Positions 31,902-42,516 of a stretch of DNA of 64,000 bases are shown here, in pieces. The translations under genes and the position numbers were made by a program. This stretch comes from Candidatus Latescibacterota bacterium. GTDB lineage: Bacteria; Latescibacterota; CBDEFO01. A model generated the notes under the pieces. That model saw only the letters and a list, made by a program, of their open reading frames with translations, made no database searches and was not told the DNA's origin. The stretch lies in assembly GCA_965248755.1 (NCBI GenBank), contig OZ252149.1, positions 2,688,001-2,752,000 on the forward strand, written 5' to 3'. How positions within the stretch are numbered: the stretch's first letter is position 1; the number at the start of each line of letters is the position of its first letter.

Positions 31902-32702
31902 ATGAAATTAGAAGGCAAAATAGCCATAGTCACAGGCGGCGCAAGCGGGATAGGAAAGGGCATAGTTATGTGCATCGCCCAGGATGGAGCCGATGTAGCG
32001 GTGGTGGATTTAAACGCTCTTGAGGGCGAGAAGGTCGCTGCAGAAGTGGAGAACCTGGGGCGAAGGTCATTCTTTGTGAAAACGGACGTCACAAAGAAAG
32101 AAGAAGCGGCCTTAATGGTCAAAAGAGTACTCGATGAGTTCGAAACGATAGATATACTCGTAAACAGTGTGGGAGCTATGAGTAAGAGGGTGGGAATGCC
32201 CTTTACTAACAACGAAGAGGAGGACTGGGATAGCATGTTTAACATCAACCTTAAGTCTCAGTTTCTCATCTGTAAGGAAGTCGTTCCACACATGATCTCC
32301 CGAAGGAGCGGAAATATCATAAACATATCTTCAATAAGCGGCCCCCTCTCCAGTCAGACTAATCCCCCTTACAGCGTTGCAAAAGCGGGGATTATAACCT
32401 TCACCCGGATTATGGCAAAGGACCTTGCTTCCCACAACATAAACGTGAATGCGATCTGCCCCGGAATTATCTGGACGCCTTTCTGGCTGGACCTTGCTCC
32501 GTCCATAAGTAAAGCTGATCCCGAATACGCCGGCTTGGAGCCCAGAGAAGTCGTCGATAGATGGATAGAAAAGCTCGTGCCGCTTAAAAGGGAGCAGACG
32601 CCCGAAGACATTGGATACCTCGCGGCTTTCCTTGCATCCAATCAGGCGAAGAATATTACAGGACAGGCGATCAACGTCGATGGCGGAATCATAATGCATT
32701 AG
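31902..32702 (+). CDS. Short-chain dehydrogenase/reductase
   Basis: TGGASGIG, YSVAK, VNAICPG, ITGQAINVDGG. Confidence 0.95.
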   Translation: MKLEGKIAIVTGGASGIGKGIVMCIAQDGADVAVVDLNALEGEKVAAEVENLGRRSFFVKTDVTKKEEAALMVKRVLDEFETIDILVNSVGAMSKRVGMPFTNNEEEDWDSMFNINLKSQFLICKEVVPHMISRRSGNIINISSISGPLSSQTNPPYSVAKAGIITFTRIMAKDLASHNINVNAICPGIIWTPFWLDLAPSISKADPEYAGLEPREVVDRWIEKLVPLKREQTPEDIGYLAAFLASNQAKNITGQAINVDGGIIMH

Positions 32703-32723
32703 ACTTAGACTTTCTCATTTAAA

Positions 32724-33566
32724 ATGTTCCGACTATTAAACGAACTGAAGGATAAGATCTGCATTCCGGGTCCCCAGGTTGATATATCTGGATTAGAGAT
32801 AGATAACCTGAGGAAAAAATCAGTGGTGGTCCTCCCGGCGGGAGGAGAGGGCACCAGAATGCGTCAGCTTACAGAGGCGCAAGGTCTCCACAAAGTTGTT
32901 CTGAGACCCGAAGGAGGCGAAAGCCTGATCCAAAGGATCGTCGAAATGTACAGGGATGCAGGACTGACAGAATTTGTAGCTTTGATATACTATGAGGGAG
33001 AGTCTGTAGTGAACGATTTGGGCGACGGGAGTTCGCTGGGCGTAAAGATAACTTACAGCCAAGACCCCGGAGGACCTGTAGGCAGAGGAGGAGCTATCTT
33101 AAACGCTATGGAGAATGGGATATTAGCTCAGGGCAGTACACTCATTGTGCACAATCCCGATGATCAGATAGTCCGTTATTCCGGATCGTTTCCCGATGAC
33201 ATACTCAAAGGGCACCTTCAGGGTGCAAAAGAGGGAGCTGTAGCCACGGCTGTGGTTGTGCCCGAGACTCCCTACAGCTACACGGGCTTTAAGATCGAGA
33301 GCGGAAAGATAAGACAGATCGCTGCGTATCCTCCTGTGCCGATCCCTGCGCACACAGGAGTGACCGTCCTTGGACCTGAGACATTTTCATACTTTAGAGA
33401 AATATTTGATCTTTCAAAAAAGATGGACTTTGAGCCTTATCTCTTCCCTAAACTTGTGGAGGAAGACAGACTCTATTCGGTGATCATTCCCTCCCAGTGC
33501 TGGATAGCTGTCAACGATCTTAAAGGATTAAGGGCATACCTGGAAGCTGTCGAGCGTAAAGAATGA
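32724..33566 (+). CDS. Sugar-phosphate nucleotidyltransferase family protein
   Basis: LPAGGEGTRM, LGDGSSLGVKITYSQD. Confidence 0.8.
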   Translation: MFRLLNELKDKICIPGPQVDISGLEIDNLRKKSVVVLPAGGEGTRMRQLTEAQGLHKVVLRPEGGESLIQRIVEMYRDAGLTEFVALIYYEGESVVNDLGDGSSLGVKITYSQDPGGPVGRGGAILNAMENGILAQGSTLIVHNPDDQIVRYSGSFPDDILKGHLQGAKEGAVATAVVVPETPYSYTGFKIESGKIRQIAAYPPVPIPAHTGVTVLGPETFSYFREIFDLSKKMDFEPYLFPKLVEEDRLYSVIIPSQCWIAVNDLKGLRAYLEAVERKE

Positions 33567-33571
33567 GCGCA

Positions 33572-34168
33572 ATGGAGAAGTTGAAGGAGCACCGTTTGAC
33601 GCTTCGAAATGATCCTGTAGTCCTGCGTCCGATGAGTGAGGACGATTGGGACATAGTGTTTAGGCGGAACAGCGACCCTTGAGGTTCTTTATTTCTCAGA
33701 GTATGGATGTTGTCTCCGCGGATGGAAGATGTCTCCGAGTATAGCCTTGAGCACGTATAGCGGATATATCGGTCTGTATCTTGTGACGCTTTCTGCTTCA
33801 TCATCGAGTTGGACGGTGCCCCCATCGGTGAGTGCTGGCTTCAACGGATGAATATAGAGCGGATTTTAGAGGAACACCCGGATTTGTACTGCCGCCGAAT
33901 TGACCTTTTAATCGGTGAGAAAGAGTTCTGGGGACGGGGCATCGGAACGTGTGTGATTCGCCTGTTGACAGAGTTCGGGTTTGAGAGCCAAGATGCAGAT
34001 GCGATCTTTGGTTGCGATGTGGCAGATTATAATACTCGGAGCAGAAGAGCATTTCAAACGGCCGGCTTTGAAATCTATTCTATCCAGAAGCAGGATCCCA
34101 GAAGTAAGGCAAACTGTTGCTGTGATTTGGTTTTTCGGAAAGAAAAGTGTCGCCAGAATCACACTTAA
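33572..34168 (+). pseudogene. GNAT (RimJ/AAC(6')-like) acetyltransferase, frameshifted
   Basis: VLRPMSEDDW, RIDLLIGEKEFWGRGIGT, YNTRSRRAF; frameshift near 33680. Confidence 0.75.
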
Positions 34169-34282
34169 GCTCAATTTTTCTTCTTGCCCTTTGCGTTTTG
34201 GATATTCGTATAGGACAGTCGTATCAAGATCAGCAAAAACTTGGGAACTTTTGTCTCTCCAATCTGTCTTAAGGGGTGGCCA

Positions 34283-34918
34283 ATGTCGATCAAGAAAAAA
34301 TCCAACAATACCATGGAATCGAAGGTTTACAACGAGCATTCCGTCCCGGACTCGGAACTCCTATCCAGAGTTATAGACGGAGACTTAGCCGCTTTTGATG
34401 TGCTCGTAGATCGGTATAAGGCGAGGCTCTTAAACTTTGTCTTTCGGTTCATCGGAGACAAAGAAGTGGCCGAAGACATAGTCCAGGAGACCTTCTTGAG
34501 GGCCTATAGAAAACGGACACAGTACGAAGCCATAGCCAACTTCTCCACGTGGCTTTTTACCATCGCGGGTAATTTAGCCAAGACCGAATTAAGACGGCGC
34601 AAAAGGTGGAGATTACTGTCTTTAGACTGGAACGATGAGACACAGACGGGCTTCGATATAGCTGACGAGTCTTACCGCCCCGACAGGGTAATCGAATCCG
34701 AGCTCATTCAGTGGAGCATACAGAGGGCAATCGATTCCCTGCCTCTGAACTACAAACAGGTAGTCATCCTGCGCGACATTGACGGAATGTCTTATCAGGA
34801 CATAGCCAAGATCGTAGGCTGCCCTGTAGGAACCGTAAAGTCCAGGGTAAATAGAGGAAGACTCAGACTTCAGAAGAAACTCAAGGCAGAGGGTAAGGAC
34901 ATAGGGATAGACTTCTAG
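34283..34918 (+). CDS. rpoE: ECF sigma factor (RpoE-like)
   Basis: AEDIVQETF, FSTWLFTIA, GTVKSRVNRGR. Confidence 0.9.
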   Translation: MSIKKKSNNTMESKVYNEHSVPDSELLSRVIDGDLAAFDVLVDRYKARLLNFVFRFIGDKEVAEDIVQETFLRAYRKRTQYEAIANFSTWLFTIAGNLAKTELRRRKRWRLLSLDWNDETQTGFDIADESYRPDRVIESELIQWSIQRAIDSLPLNYKQVVILRDIDGMSYQDIAKIVGCPVGTVKSRVNRGRLRLQKKLKAEGKDIGIDF

Positions 34919-34945
34919 CGCGCAAAAAGGAGGAAATGTAGGAAA

Positions 34946-35530
34946 ATGGACTGCAAGTTCTTTGAGAAGAAGATGGCTGACTACCTGGAAGGAAACTTGA
35001 GCCAGGTAGAGGCCGAAGAGACACAAAGGCATCTGTCTTCGTGCCAGGCATGTTCCCAGAAGTTCAAAACTGTTAGGAACATCAGATACGCCCTCAAGAA
35101 TTTGAGGCGCATTCACCCCTCAATCGGCTTTAATTTTGCCCTTCACAATAGAATTAAGCGTGAGATAAGAAAGCGTAGACCCCCGATTGAATCTATCGGA
35201 AGGGGATTTACCGTGCGACATTTTTCATCTCACCTTGTATCCATCCGCGCTCTTGCCTTTCTGTCTGTTGCAGTTATAGCTTTAGCTATCGTCTTTTTAA
35301 CAAGAACGGACTCTGTGGTCAACAGCAACGCTATCCTTGAGACCTCCGACGCTAAAGAAATCCCGTCAGACTCTCAGATGTCCGCAGGTTCTGCTAACTA
35401 TGTTCTTAAAATAGTAGGGCCCCTGGATAAGTTAGGGCATGTCACTAAACGTGCCAAGGCCCCTGCAAGGTCGGTGGAGCCACCGCATCCACATCATCAG
35501 ACTACGACTGTGAAATACGTCACATTTTAG
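34946..35530 (+). CDS. Zinc-finger anti-sigma factor (zf-HC2) with TM helix
   Basis: HLSSCQAC motif, hydrophobic segment, directly downstream of sigma gene. Confidence 0.85.
   Translation: MDCKFFEKKMADYLEGNLSQVEAEETQRHLSSCQACSQKFKTVRNIRYALKNLRRIHPSIGFNFALHNRIKREIRKRRPPIESIGRGFTVRHFSSHLVSIRALAFLSVAVIALAIVFLTRTDSVVNSNAILETSDAKEIPSDSQMSAGSANYVLKIVGPLDKLGHVTKRAKAPARSVEPPHPHHQTTTVKYVTF
35180..35205. repeat. Palindromic micro-element copy within a CDS
   Basis: CCCCCGATTGAATCTATCGG(AA)GGGG encoding PPIESIG. Confidence 0.8.
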
Positions 35531-35563
35531 CTTCTGTGGTATCTCGTAAGAAAGACGCACGCA

Positions 35564-36686
35564 ATGACTTCCTATTGTCGTAAGAAAGCCTTACTTTTTC
35601 CCTCCGCTCCCCCAAAAGTTCCCCGATATTTCTTGAGAGTCTCTGTCCTTTTCCTTTCGATCTTCTCATTTGTGTTCTGGTTTGTGCTCTGGGCAAACTT
35701 TCCGGTCCACGCCCAGGAGAACATCCTTGCCAAATTAGAAATGGAGATCTCCTCTATGGTTGAAAAAGTAGGTCCCTCCGTAGTCAGCGTCCGCACTCAG
35801 AGAATAAGACGCGTCGATTGGCTGTCCAGACTCAGACAGGGCATCTTCAAAAGAAACAGCGTAGAATGGCAGATAGATTTGGGTACAGGCGTGGCCCTGG
35901 ACTCAACAGGGCACATCCTGACGACACAAGACGTCGTCTACGGAGCCGAAGATCGAAATTATATCTTCCTCAGGCCGCATACGGAAAGCCTATCTTGTGG
36001 GTTCGGATAAGGATTCTGACATCGCTGTCCTCAGGGTAGAAGAAACCAGATTCCAATCGGTCGAATTAGGAGACTCTGACAACCTTCGCCCCGGACAGTG
36101 GGCCATTATCATGGGAAACTCCCTGGGCGTGCGGGGGACCTCATTAGGGATAGTAAACGGACAGAATGAAAGGACAGGACTCATCTACCTGACTGCCAGG
36201 GCCTGTCCCGGAAACAGCGGAGCCCCTGTTTTTGATAGCCGAGGAAGAGTCATCGGAATAGTTGTAGCTGCTATTTCCAACGGCGATATCGAATCCGAGA
36301 ACAGATATTCCGCCACCTCCGTTCATCCCTTGAGCTTAGCCGTTCCGATCAACACCGCCAGTAAAGCAGCCCTGGAGTTGATAGGGAAAAAGCGCCCGGA
36401 AGGCTGGCTGGGCATCACAGGATCAAGCAGTCTGGATAAAGTTCAAGGGCTCGTTGTGACCTCTGTTGAGGAAGGAAGCCCCGCTTATGCAGCCGGAATA
36501 AGGAGCAAAGACGTCATGCTTGCATACAACGGACGCGAGATAGATGACATCTGGGAGCTTATGCGAAGAGTTAAACGCACTTCCCCGGGCAAGAGCGTAA
36601 AACTAAAGGTGTTAAGAGGAACGCAAGAGATGTGGATAGACGTTAAGATGGGAAGCAGGGCAAAAACAGTAGACAGCAAACAGTAG
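35564..36686 (+). CDS. HtrA/DegP-like serine protease with PDZ domain, frameshifted near 35950
   Basis: PSVVSV, GTGV, DIAVL, GNSGAP, PDZ; two overlapping ORFs. Confidence 0.8.
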
Positions 36687-37024
36687 TTAGTAGACAGGGA
36701 AAGGTAAAATTCAGTTTGATACAGACGTAATGCTGATGCTCTTCCCCTTAGGGCTCTTGTGAACTGTCCCACTAACCCCCGTAGAACTTCTGATCGGGAG
36801 GAGTTTGACGACTGATGACAACCATCCCCGCATCCCCGCCATTCTCCCGCCCTGCTCTCCAACCGGCACCGCACTTGAGATCAAAGCATGCGAGACTATC
36901 GATACCCAGCTTATAGCCGTTGTCCACTGGGGAAGTTAAAGAGTGTCGAAGATTACGCCTGAAGGGGAGGTAGTAGTAGGTAAGTGAAAATTACTTAGTG
37001 AAAGCTGAATGGAGATGATAGTGT

Positions 37025-37912
37025 ATGATGTTATTTTCTCAAAGAAAAGGTATTAAGGTCAAAAATGTCTTACAGGTTGATTCTATGGATAACGAGTTGA
37101 GAACTCGCTTGTGGAATAATTTGACAGTTTTTTACTGGGATAGGGTAAGAGAAGATACTCCTAGTATTACTGGTTATGGTAATCGTCCATGCGCGCGTCT
37201 CTCTTCTGATATTAACAAAGAAATGAATATCTTGATTAGACGATTATGGCACAACTGTCTTAAGTGGCCCATCGATGCTTTAGAGGACGATTGGTCTGAT
37301 GCTCACCAAGAAGTAAGAAAACATTTCTTTAATTGCGAATGGTACGACGTTTATGATTTTATAGAATTTATTGCCAATAATCACCTACCCTCTTCCAGCA
37401 CTCTACACTCTGAGTTTATGGACGCTTGTAATTCTGTTTTGGAACAGGAATCATCCGCATATCGTTTTGTGGGAGGGAAGATTGCAGAGATAATATCAGA
37501 AGAAGAAATCGCTGAAATAGAAGAGGCGTTACAGACCCCAATAAAAGCTGTTAATATCCACATAGAGACAGCACTGGACTTACTTGCGGACAGAAAATCC
37601 CCCGATTATAGAAATTCTATTAAAGAATCTATAAGTGCTGTCGAGGCAATTTGCAAGTTAATAGCCAAGGACCCCAAAGCGACGTTAGGGAATGCCCTAA
37701 AAGGAATAGAAAGCAAAGTAGGGCTACATCCTGCTTTCAAAAATGCGCTTGATAATCTGTATGGATATGCAAGTAATGAACAAGGAATACGTCATAGTTT
37801 ACTGGACGAACCTAATTTGGATTCTGAAGATGCGAGGTTTATGTTAGTTTCCTGTTCAGCATTTGTCAACTATCTTATATCAAAATCATCAAAAGCAGGA
37901 ATCAAGTTGTGA
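37025..37912 (+). CDS. AbiJ-NTD4-like protein with C-terminal HEPN-like domain
   Basis: FSQRKG start, WYDVYDFIE, RNSIKESISAVE, GIRH motif; low GC. Confidence 0.7.
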   Translation: MMLFSQRKGIKVKNVLQVDSMDNELRTRLWNNLTVFYWDRVREDTPSITGYGNRPCARLSSDINKEMNILIRRLWHNCLKWPIDALEDDWSDAHQEVRKHFFNCEWYDVYDFIEFIANNHLPSSSTLHSEFMDACNSVLEQESSAYRFVGGKIAEIISEEEIAEIEEALQTPIKAVNIHIETALDLLADRKSPDYRNSIKESISAVEAICKLIAKDPKATLGNALKGIESKVGLHPAFKNALDNLYGYASNEQGIRHSLLDEPNLDSEDARFMLVSCSAFVNYLISKSSKAGIKL

Positions 37913-38029
37913 GCTTGTACGGTAGAAAGGTCTTCCATTCAAACTTGTCTATGCTATCATTTACTCTCACAAAAAGGATCTCTGAAAAACCCTCGAAAAT
38001 CTGAGTTTATAGGACCTTGATTTCTTAGA

Positions 38030-40150
38030 TTACCCCTCTGCCGGCATAAAGTCTATCTGCTTTGATCTTCTGTCAGCTCTTACTACCTGAACTCTAAGTC
38101 TGTCGCCCAGGCGATACTTTTTTCCTGTGTGGCGTCCCACGAGCATATAACTGCGGTCGTCGAAGTTGTAGTAGTCGTCCTCCAATATCCTTACATGGAT
38201 CAATCCCTCTACCATAAAGTCCTCTAATTCCACATAAAGGCCATAGGGTTTAACATCCGACACGATGCCCCAGTATTCCTCTCCTAACCTCTCCTCCATA
38301 AACTCAATCTGTTTGATCTTTACAGAATCCCTTTCCGCCTCTGTGGCGTCCTGTTCCCTTTGCGAGGCTATGTGAGATATCGAGGGGAGGTGCTCTACAA
38401 GTTCCTCTCTCCTTTCATCACCTAATTTTCCAGTTTGGCAATCTTTCAGGATTCTGTGAATTATCAGGTCGGGGTATCTCCTTATGGGAGACGTAAAGTG
38501 CGAGTAGGATCTATATGCCAGTCCGAAGTGCCCGATGTTCACGTGAGAATATAGAGCCAACTTCATTGAGCGTAGGAGTAGCTTAAAGATCAGATTCGCC
38601 CCCTTCTTCCCTTCTACCCTCTTGAGGAAGCCCTGCACGTATCCGGGGGTAATTTTGTCTTTGAGCTTGAAATTATATCCCAGGGACTTCATAAAGGTTG
38701 CAAAGTCTTCCAATTTGGTCTCATCGGGACTGTCGTGGACGCGGTAGATGAACGGGAGGTTCAAACTTTCGGCGTGCTCTGCCACTACACTATTGGCCAG
38801 TAACATAAACTCCTCGATCAGTCTGTGCGAGTCGAGACGCTCTACTTTCCGAATATCGAGGGGTTTTCCGCCTTCGTCCAGGATTACCTTGGCTTCGGGA
38901 AGATCGAAATCTATAGAGCCGCGGCCTTCTCTTTTTGCGATGAGAATCTTGCTCAGACTTTGCATAGCACAAAGATGCTCTTTAAGCCCTAATGCCTTTG
39001 AGCCTGCATTGTCGTCATCTCCGACGATCGCCGCCTGTGTCTGCTGGTAGGTCAGTCTAGCGCGGCTTTTTATCACCGACTCCACTATCTGGTAGTCTTG
39101 AACGTCCCCTGCCCCGTCCAACTCCAAAAGCACGCTCATTGTCAGGCGGTCTTCATCTGGTCTCAGGCTGCATACATCGTTGGAGAGATTCTCCGGAAGC
39201 ATCGGGATAACCCTGTCCACCAAATAGACGCTTGTCCCTCGGGCAAGGGCCTCCTGGTCTAATGGACTTTTCTCTTTGACGTAGTAGCTTACATCGGCGA
39301 TGTGGACTCCCAAGAGAAAATTTCCGTTCTCTTTTATCTCCAGCGAGACCGCATCGTCGAAGTCCCTGGCGTCTTCCGGGTCTATAGTAAAGCATACTAT
39401 GTCTCTTAAGTCGGTGCGCCTTTCTATCTCTTCGGGAGGTATCTTCAGGGGTATCTTCTCAGCGTCTTCCAGCACATCGTCGGGAAAATCTATTGGGAGG
39501 CCGTGCCCTTTGATTATGGAGAGGATATCCAAGCCAGGATCTTCAGGATAGCCAAGAACTTCGCTGATTTTTCCTTCGGGATTTAAGTGCGGCGATTCCC
39601 AGTTGACGATCTTTGCGACGACCTTCTGTCCTTCCTTTGCTCCCTTTGCGTCCTGAGGGGCGATGTAGATATCCCTTGTGATCTTGGGATCGTCCGGATC
39701 GACGAATCCGAAGCTCTTGTGCCTTCTGTATGTCCCGACTAAAGATTTGAGGGCGCGCTCCAACACCCGAATGACCTTTCCTTCAGGGGCCTTTCGGCGT
39801 GCTCCACTCCTGTGCAGTTTGACGACTACCCTGTCTCTGTGGAGCGCTGTACCCATATTAATGGCATCCACGAAGATGTCGGATCCTTCCGTCTCCCGCG
39901 TTACAAATCCTGATCCGCTCTGGGTTATAGACAGCCTTCCCGTCACAAGGTTCAGATTTTCCGGCGAACCGTAGCGGCCTCCCCTCAAACGAACAAGTTC
40001 GCCTTCCCTTTCAAGTTCTCTGATCGATCTCCTGAAAGCTCCGTAGTCGGACCCCGGTATGCGCATCGCCTTGAAGAGCTCCCTCATCTTAATGGGACGA
40101 TGAGCCATATCTTTGATGTAGTTGAGTATGTCCTCTCTCAATATGCGCAT
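38030..40150 (-). CDS. rnr: Ribonuclease R
   Basis: TIDPEDARDFDDA, HFTSPIRRYPD, C-terminal S1 domain. Confidence 0.96.
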   Translation of the reverse strand: MRILREDILNYIKDMAHRPIKMRELFKAMRIPGSDYGAFRRSIRELEREGELVRLRGGRYGSPENLNLVTGRLSITQSGSGFVTRETEGSDIFVDAINMGTALHRDRVVVKLHRSGARRKAPEGKVIRVLERALKSLVGTYRRHKSFGFVDPDDPKITRDIYIAPQDAKGAKEGQKVVAKIVNWESPHLNPEGKISEVLGYPEDPGLDILSIIKGHGLPIDFPDDVLEDAEKIPLKIPPEEIERRTDLRDIVCFTIDPEDARDFDDAVSLEIKENGNFLLGVHIADVSYYVKEKSPLDQEALARGTSVYLVDRVIPMLPENLSNDVCSLRPDEDRLTMSVLLELDGAGDVQDYQIVESVIKSRARLTYQQTQAAIVGDDDNAGSKALGLKEHLCAMQSLSKILIAKREGRGSIDFDLPEAKVILDEGGKPLDIRKVERLDSHRLIEEFMLLANSVVAEHAESLNLPFIYRVHDSPDETKLEDFATFMKSLGYNFKLKDKITPGYVQGFLKRVEGKKGANLIFKLLLRSMKLALYSHVNIGHFGLAYRSYSHFTSPIRRYPDLIIHRILKDCQTGKLGDERREELVEHLPSISHIASQREQDATEAERDSVKIKQIEFMEERLGEEYWGIVSDVKPYGLYVELEDFMVEGLIHVRILEDDYYNFDDRSYMLVGRHTGKKYRLGDRLRVQVVRADRRSKQIDFMPAEG

Positions 40151-40176
40151 AGGTCATAATAGTCTGGTGAAATTAC

Positions 40177-40297
40177 GAGGTTGCTTCCGCCCGATAGATT
40201 CATTCGGGGCGCTCGCAATGACTGTTTACGTGTGTCGTTCAACTGCTTGACTTCGACCCTGGGTCATTGCGAGAGGCGTTCGCCCTGAAGCAATCTC
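40177..40297. repeat. Pair of GTCATTGCGAG...GAAGCAATCTC palindromic repeats; first contains the micro-element
   Basis: 40177-40222 and 40263-40297 in opposite orientation; same family at 58066-58168. Confidence 0.8.
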
Positions 40298-40469
40298 ACC
40301 TATCTTCTGACTCGACATATCCGACAAGTTTTGTCAAGCTACTTGGTTTAAGTCGGTTCTATAGTAAAGATGAATCCCAAGTTGGATATATGTCAAGGCA
40401 AAAGTTCCCTGATTTGATTGTTTTCTTCCTTCTGCGTCAGCACGAGTTGATAGCAAATAACAAAAAGTC

Positions 40470-40498
40470 TTGACATATAGAAGTTTTATCGTTAACTT
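40470..40498 (+). promoter_or_regulatory. Sigma70-type promoter
   Basis: TTGACA-17 bp-TAACTT. Confidence 0.5.
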
Positions 40499-40599
40499 AA
40501 GCGGCGGACAAGGTCGGAAGTCTATGGATCAAAACATACCTTCTGGATAACCCCATGGGCCATTTTCCGATATGTTCCCTCCGGATGAAAGGAAATCTA

Positions 40600-41280
40600 T
40601 TGCCAAACAAAAATGTGTTTTTAGGAGAACTGACGCGAAAAGAACTCAACGAAGCGATCTCGGGCGGTGTGATTAAGGGGGCGATTGTCCCGACAGGCGC
40701 CTGCGAACAACACCAAGATCACCTCGCCATGATCCATGACACTGTCAGCGTCACAGAAATTGCTAAGCGAGTTGCGATGAACTTTTACCCGCACGTTTTG
40801 GTCACGCCGACTGTTTCAATGTCAGTTTCAGAACATCACATGGATCGCGGGGGTGCGTTGACGATACGCCCTCAGATTCATCTGGAATATGTCCATGATG
40901 TCTGCCACAGTCTGAAACGACTCGGTGTTCCCAAGGTCTGTGTGCTCAACGGCCATGGCGGAAATATGCGAACGAGCCTGGAACCTGTTGCGCCTTTAGA
41001 GATGAAAAAGTTAGACGAACTCGGGGTCACCTACTTGACATACTGGCATGTCTGTCCGGAATCCCTTTTTGAAACGTATCTGGAATCGGATCGGGATGCG
41101 GGACACGCCGGGGAGTTTGAGACCTCCTTTGCGATGATCGCTTTCCCGCAGCGTATCCGTTCCGATCAGATCACCTACAACAGCGCGAAACTCGCAACGA
41201 TTCCCAAAGGCGGACACATCCTCAGTGCTGTCGTTGAAGGAGTCACGGCACGAGTTTCAGAGATGCTCGATGAAACGTAG
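40600..41280 (+). CDS. Creatininase/creatinine amidohydrolase family protein
   Basis: PTGACEQH, SEHH, NGHGGN, HAGEFETS. Confidence 0.92.
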   Translation: MPNKNVFLGELTRKELNEAISGGVIKGAIVPTGACEQHQDHLAMIHDTVSVTEIAKRVAMNFYPHVLVTPTVSMSVSEHHMDRGGALTIRPQIHLEYVHDVCHSLKRLGVPKVCVLNGHGGNMRTSLEPVAPLEMKKLDELGVTYLTYWHVCPESLFETYLESDRDAGHAGEFETSFAMIAFPQRIRSDQITYNSAKLATIPKGGHILSAVVEGVTARVSEMLDET

Positions 41281-41319
41281 TTAGCACGTTACGCCACTTT
41301 AAGTGCTTTGGAGATATAT

Positions 41320-42516
41320 ATGAAACCGCTGGCTCAAAATACGAGCCGGATGAAAAGGTCCGGAATAAGGGAGCTTATGGATCTTGCCTGGGCAACTCCG
41401 GGGGCCATTCATCTTGAGGTAGGCGAGCCAGATTTCCCGACGCCTGATCACATCGTAGAGGCGGCGTGCCGCGCAGCAATGGACGGCTTTACAAAATACA
41501 CGCCGAACGCGGGGATAACTCCCTTAAGGGAGGCTATCGTAAGGAAGTTTGAGAGAAAAAACAAAATAGAGGTAACTCTCGACAATATCGTCGTGACTCC
41601 CGGGGCTGTGTGTTCGATGGCTACATCGCTGCTTGCCTTGATAGATCACGAAGATGAGGTATTGATCCCCGATCCTGGATGGCCCAACTATGAGATGATG
41701 GTCTTGTCTCAAGGCGGCGTCCCCGTAGGTTATCCTCTGGATAGGCATAGGGGGTTTAAGGTCGCTCTGGACGCCTTTGAAAGTAAAATAAGCCCAAAGA
41801 CGAAGGTGATTATCTTAAATAGCCCGTCCAATCCGACCGGAGGAGTGCTGCAGGAGGAGACGCTCAAAAGCTTGATGGAGATAGCCTCAAAGTGGGACTT
41901 ATATGTGATCTCCGATGAGATATACGAAGATATAATATACGACGGAGAACACATAAGTACAGCAAGATTTGATAGCGATGGTAGAGTACTGACCGTATCT
42001 GGTGTATCTAAGAGCTACGCCATGACGGGCTGGAGAATCGGCTACGTTGCCGCTCCTTTAGATATTGCCCCAGTCATTGCCAAGATACAGGAGCCTTACG
42101 TATCGTGTCCAGTATCTGTGTCCCAGGTAGCCGCTCAGGCGGCTTTGGAAGGACCGGACGACTGTGTAAAAGATATGGTAAAAGCTTACAAGGAGAGGAG
42201 AGACGCTGTCCTGGATATCCTTCAAGTGAACGATCTCTACAGCTACACCCCAGAAGGTGCCTTCTATCTCTTAGTGGATGTCTCACGATCGGGGATCGAT
42301 TCGTATTCCTTCGCGTTGGAGCTCTTAAAGGAAAAAAAGGTAGCTGTTGCTCCGGGAGAGGCGTTCGGAATTGCGGCAAAGGACTATATAAGGATATCCT
42401 TCGGAGCTCACAAGGACAATCTGATAGAAGGTACAAACAGATTGTGCGATTTCATCTGGCAAAAATCGTTACAGAGTGAAACTAACAGAGTCTTGGAACG
42501 GAGATCGTCTTTATGA
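41320..42516 (+). CDS. PLP-dependent aminotransferase class I/II (aspartate aminotransferase-like)
   Basis: GEPDF, NSPSNPTG, SDEIY, SKSYAMTGWRIG. Confidence 0.95.
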   Translation: MKPLAQNTSRMKRSGIRELMDLAWATPGAIHLEVGEPDFPTPDHIVEAACRAAMDGFTKYTPNAGITPLREAIVRKFERKNKIEVTLDNIVVTPGAVCSMATSLLALIDHEDEVLIPDPGWPNYEMMVLSQGGVPVGYPLDRHRGFKVALDAFESKISPKTKVIILNSPSNPTGGVLQEETLKSLMEIASKWDLYVISDEIYEDIIYDGEHISTARFDSDGRVLTVSGVSKSYAMTGWRIGYVAAPLDIAPVIAKIQEPYVSCPVSVSQVAAQAALEGPDDCVKDMVKAYKERRDAVLDILQVNDLYSYTPEGAFYLLVDVSRSGIDSYSFALELLKEKKVAVAPGEAFGIAAKDYIRISFGAHKDNLIEGTNRLCDFIWQKSLQSETNRVLERRSSL

